Shown piece by piece: positions 62,261-64,000 of a DNA stretch of 64,000 nt. The DNA is taken from the NCBI GenBank assembly GCA_030390025.1, contig CM059435.1, forward strand, positions 23,746,001 to 23,810,000. Direction: 5' to 3'. A program made the translations under genes and the position numbers. Below the pieces are notes generated by a model. That model was not told the origin of the DNA, ran no database searches, and saw only the letters and a list, made by a program, of their open reading frames with translations. Source of the stretch: Squalus acanthias. Its lineage: Eukaryota. How positions within the stretch are numbered: the first letter of the stretch is position 1; every line of letters starts with the position of its first letter.

Positions 62261-64000
62261 TAACATTCATGGAAATAATGCATAATTTGCAACAAACATA
62301 TATTCCTCTAGGGCATAAAAACCCAAAAGGAAAAGTGATCCAACCATGGCTAACAAAAGAAATTAATGCTAGTATTAAGTCAAAGGAGGAAGCTTATAAA
62401 GTTGCCAGAAAAAGTGGTCAGCCTGAGGATTGGGATCTTTTTAGAAATCAGCAAAGGGGGACCAAAAATTGATAAAGAAAGGGAAAATGGAATGAGCATT
62501 GACGCAAGAAAACTACTAGGCACTTGGTCTAAGCGTTAAACAAAGCTTTAAATCAACTGTTTTACAACATGGAGGTCTAGTTGTGTCCTTCACTAGTTCC
62601 GGTTAAGAATGTCCTGCGCAAGCTGGGCCCATGCCGGAGTATTTATACTCTCCCTGGACAGCGCCACCCGCAGGCCACTCAGTATTATTTCATAAGTCAT
62701 GAATGACAGATTCATGTCAAGCACGAACTAGCGAAAAATATAAAAACAGATTGTAAAAGCTTCTATAGGTATGTGAAAAGAAAAAGACTGGCGAAGGTAA
62801 ATGTAGGTCTTTTACAGTCAGAAACGGGAGAATTTATAATGGGGAATGAGGACATGGCAGAGAAATTAAATAAATACTTTTTTTCTGTCTTCACGGAGGA
62901 AGACACAAAAAATCTCCCAGAAATACGAAAAACCAAGGGTGTGGCGAGAATGAGGAACTTAAAGAAATTATTAGTAAAAAAACAGTACTAGCAAAATTAA
63001 TGGGACTAAAAGTCAATAAATCCCAAGGACCAGAAGACCTACATCCTAGGGTTTTGAAAGAGGTGGCCATTGGGATAGTGGTTGTCATCTTCCAAAATTC
63101 TATAGATTCTGGAATGGTTCCTGCAGATTGGAGGATAGCAAATGTAACCCTGCTATTTAAGAAAGGAGGGAGAGAGAAAACGGGGAACTACAGACCTGTT
63201 AGCCTCACATCAGTAGTTGGGAAAATGCTGGAATCTATTATAAAGGATGCAATAACTGGGCACTTAGAAACTAATAGTAAGATTGGGCAGAGTCAACATG
63301 GATTTATGAAAGGGAAATCCTGTTTGACAAACCTATTGGAGTTCTTTGAGGATGTAACTAGTGGAGTAGACAAAGTGGAACTGGTAGATGTGGTGTATTT
63401 GGATTTTCAGAAGGCCTTCAATAAGGTCCCACCCAAGAGGTTGGTGAACAAAATTAGGGCACATGGAATTGGGGGTAATATACCAGCATGGATTGAGAAT
63501 TGGTTAACAGACAGAAAACAAAGAGTAGGGATAAACGGGTCTTTTTCAGGATGGCAGGCTGTGACTAGTGGGGTACCGCAAGGATCGGTACTTGGGCCCC
63601 AGCTATTCACAATCTATATCAATGATTTGGATGAGGGGACTAAATGTAACATTTCCAAATTTGCTAATGATACAAAGCTAGGTGACAGTGTCAGTTGCGA
63701 AGAGGATGTGAAGAGGCTTCAAGGGGATCTCGACAGGCTCAGTGAGTGGGTGAGAACATGGCAGATGGAATATAATGTGGATAAATGTGAAGTTATCCAC
63801 TTTGGTAGAAAAAACAGAAAGGCAGAGTATTTCCTAAATGGTGAAAGATTGGGGAATGCAGATGCTCAAAGGGACCTGGGTGTCCTTGTACATGAGTCAC
63901 TGAAAGTGAATGTGCAGGTGCAGCAAGCCATTAGGAAGACAAATGGTATGCGGCCTTCATTACAAGAGGATTTGAGTACAGGGGTAAAGAAGTCTTACTC
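62260..64000 (+). mobile_element. CR1 LINE ORF2 (frameshifted), runs off the window end
   Basis: QPWLTKEI, LNKYF-SVFT-ED, DWRIANVTLLFKKG, QHGFMKGKSCLTNL, YLDFQKAF, SGVPQGSVLGP and FANDTK motifs. Confidence 0.93.
62500..62719 (-). mobile_element. Solo LTR (220 bp) inserted in the CR1
   Basis: TGAC...GTCA termini; 5-bp TSD agcat (62495-62499) / agcac (62720-62724); TATAAATA on the - strand at 62640-62647; CR1 sequence resumes on both sides. Confidence 0.75.

Noticed and set aside
57964-64000. Search for TM9SF4 exon 1 and promoter
   Set aside because: No CpG island or convincing ATG micro-exon seen; probably beyond the window.
1-64000. CRISPR arrays, operons, rRNA or intact tRNA genes
   Set aside because: None seen; the tRNA-like A/B boxes belong to decayed SINE heads.

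Overview
Eukaryotic vertebrate genomic DNA. The repeat content (CR1 and L2 LINEs, DeuSINE/SacSINE1-like and LF-SINE-like SINEs, Penelope-like elements) points to a cartilaginous fish; this is an inference and the species cannot be determined. Two genes converge tail-to-tail. On the + strand is the last coding exon of a PLAG-family C2H2 zinc-finger gene, best assigned as PLAGL2 (13255-14512), followed by a long repeat-free putative 3' UTR. On the - strand are 17 coding exons of TM9SF4 (57963 down to 28665; 1914 nt, 637 aa plus stop, all introns GT-AG); its ATG-bearing first exon was not found in the window. The remainder is intron and intergenic DNA dense in transposon fossils, several of them nested with recognisable TIRs and TSDs. 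The most notable non-genic signals are a minimal hammerhead ribozyme motif in a Penelope-like element lying sense within TM9SF4 intron 8, a three-level nested insertion between the genes, a young perfect-TIR MITE 43 nt from a splice acceptor, a solo LTR, an isolated CR1 ORF1 remnant, several unexplained hairpins, and a polypurine repeat spanning two N gaps. I found no clearly new multi-gene system. Family names and comparisons with human genes are recalled from memory, not searched; repeat boundaries without TIRs or TSDs are approximate.
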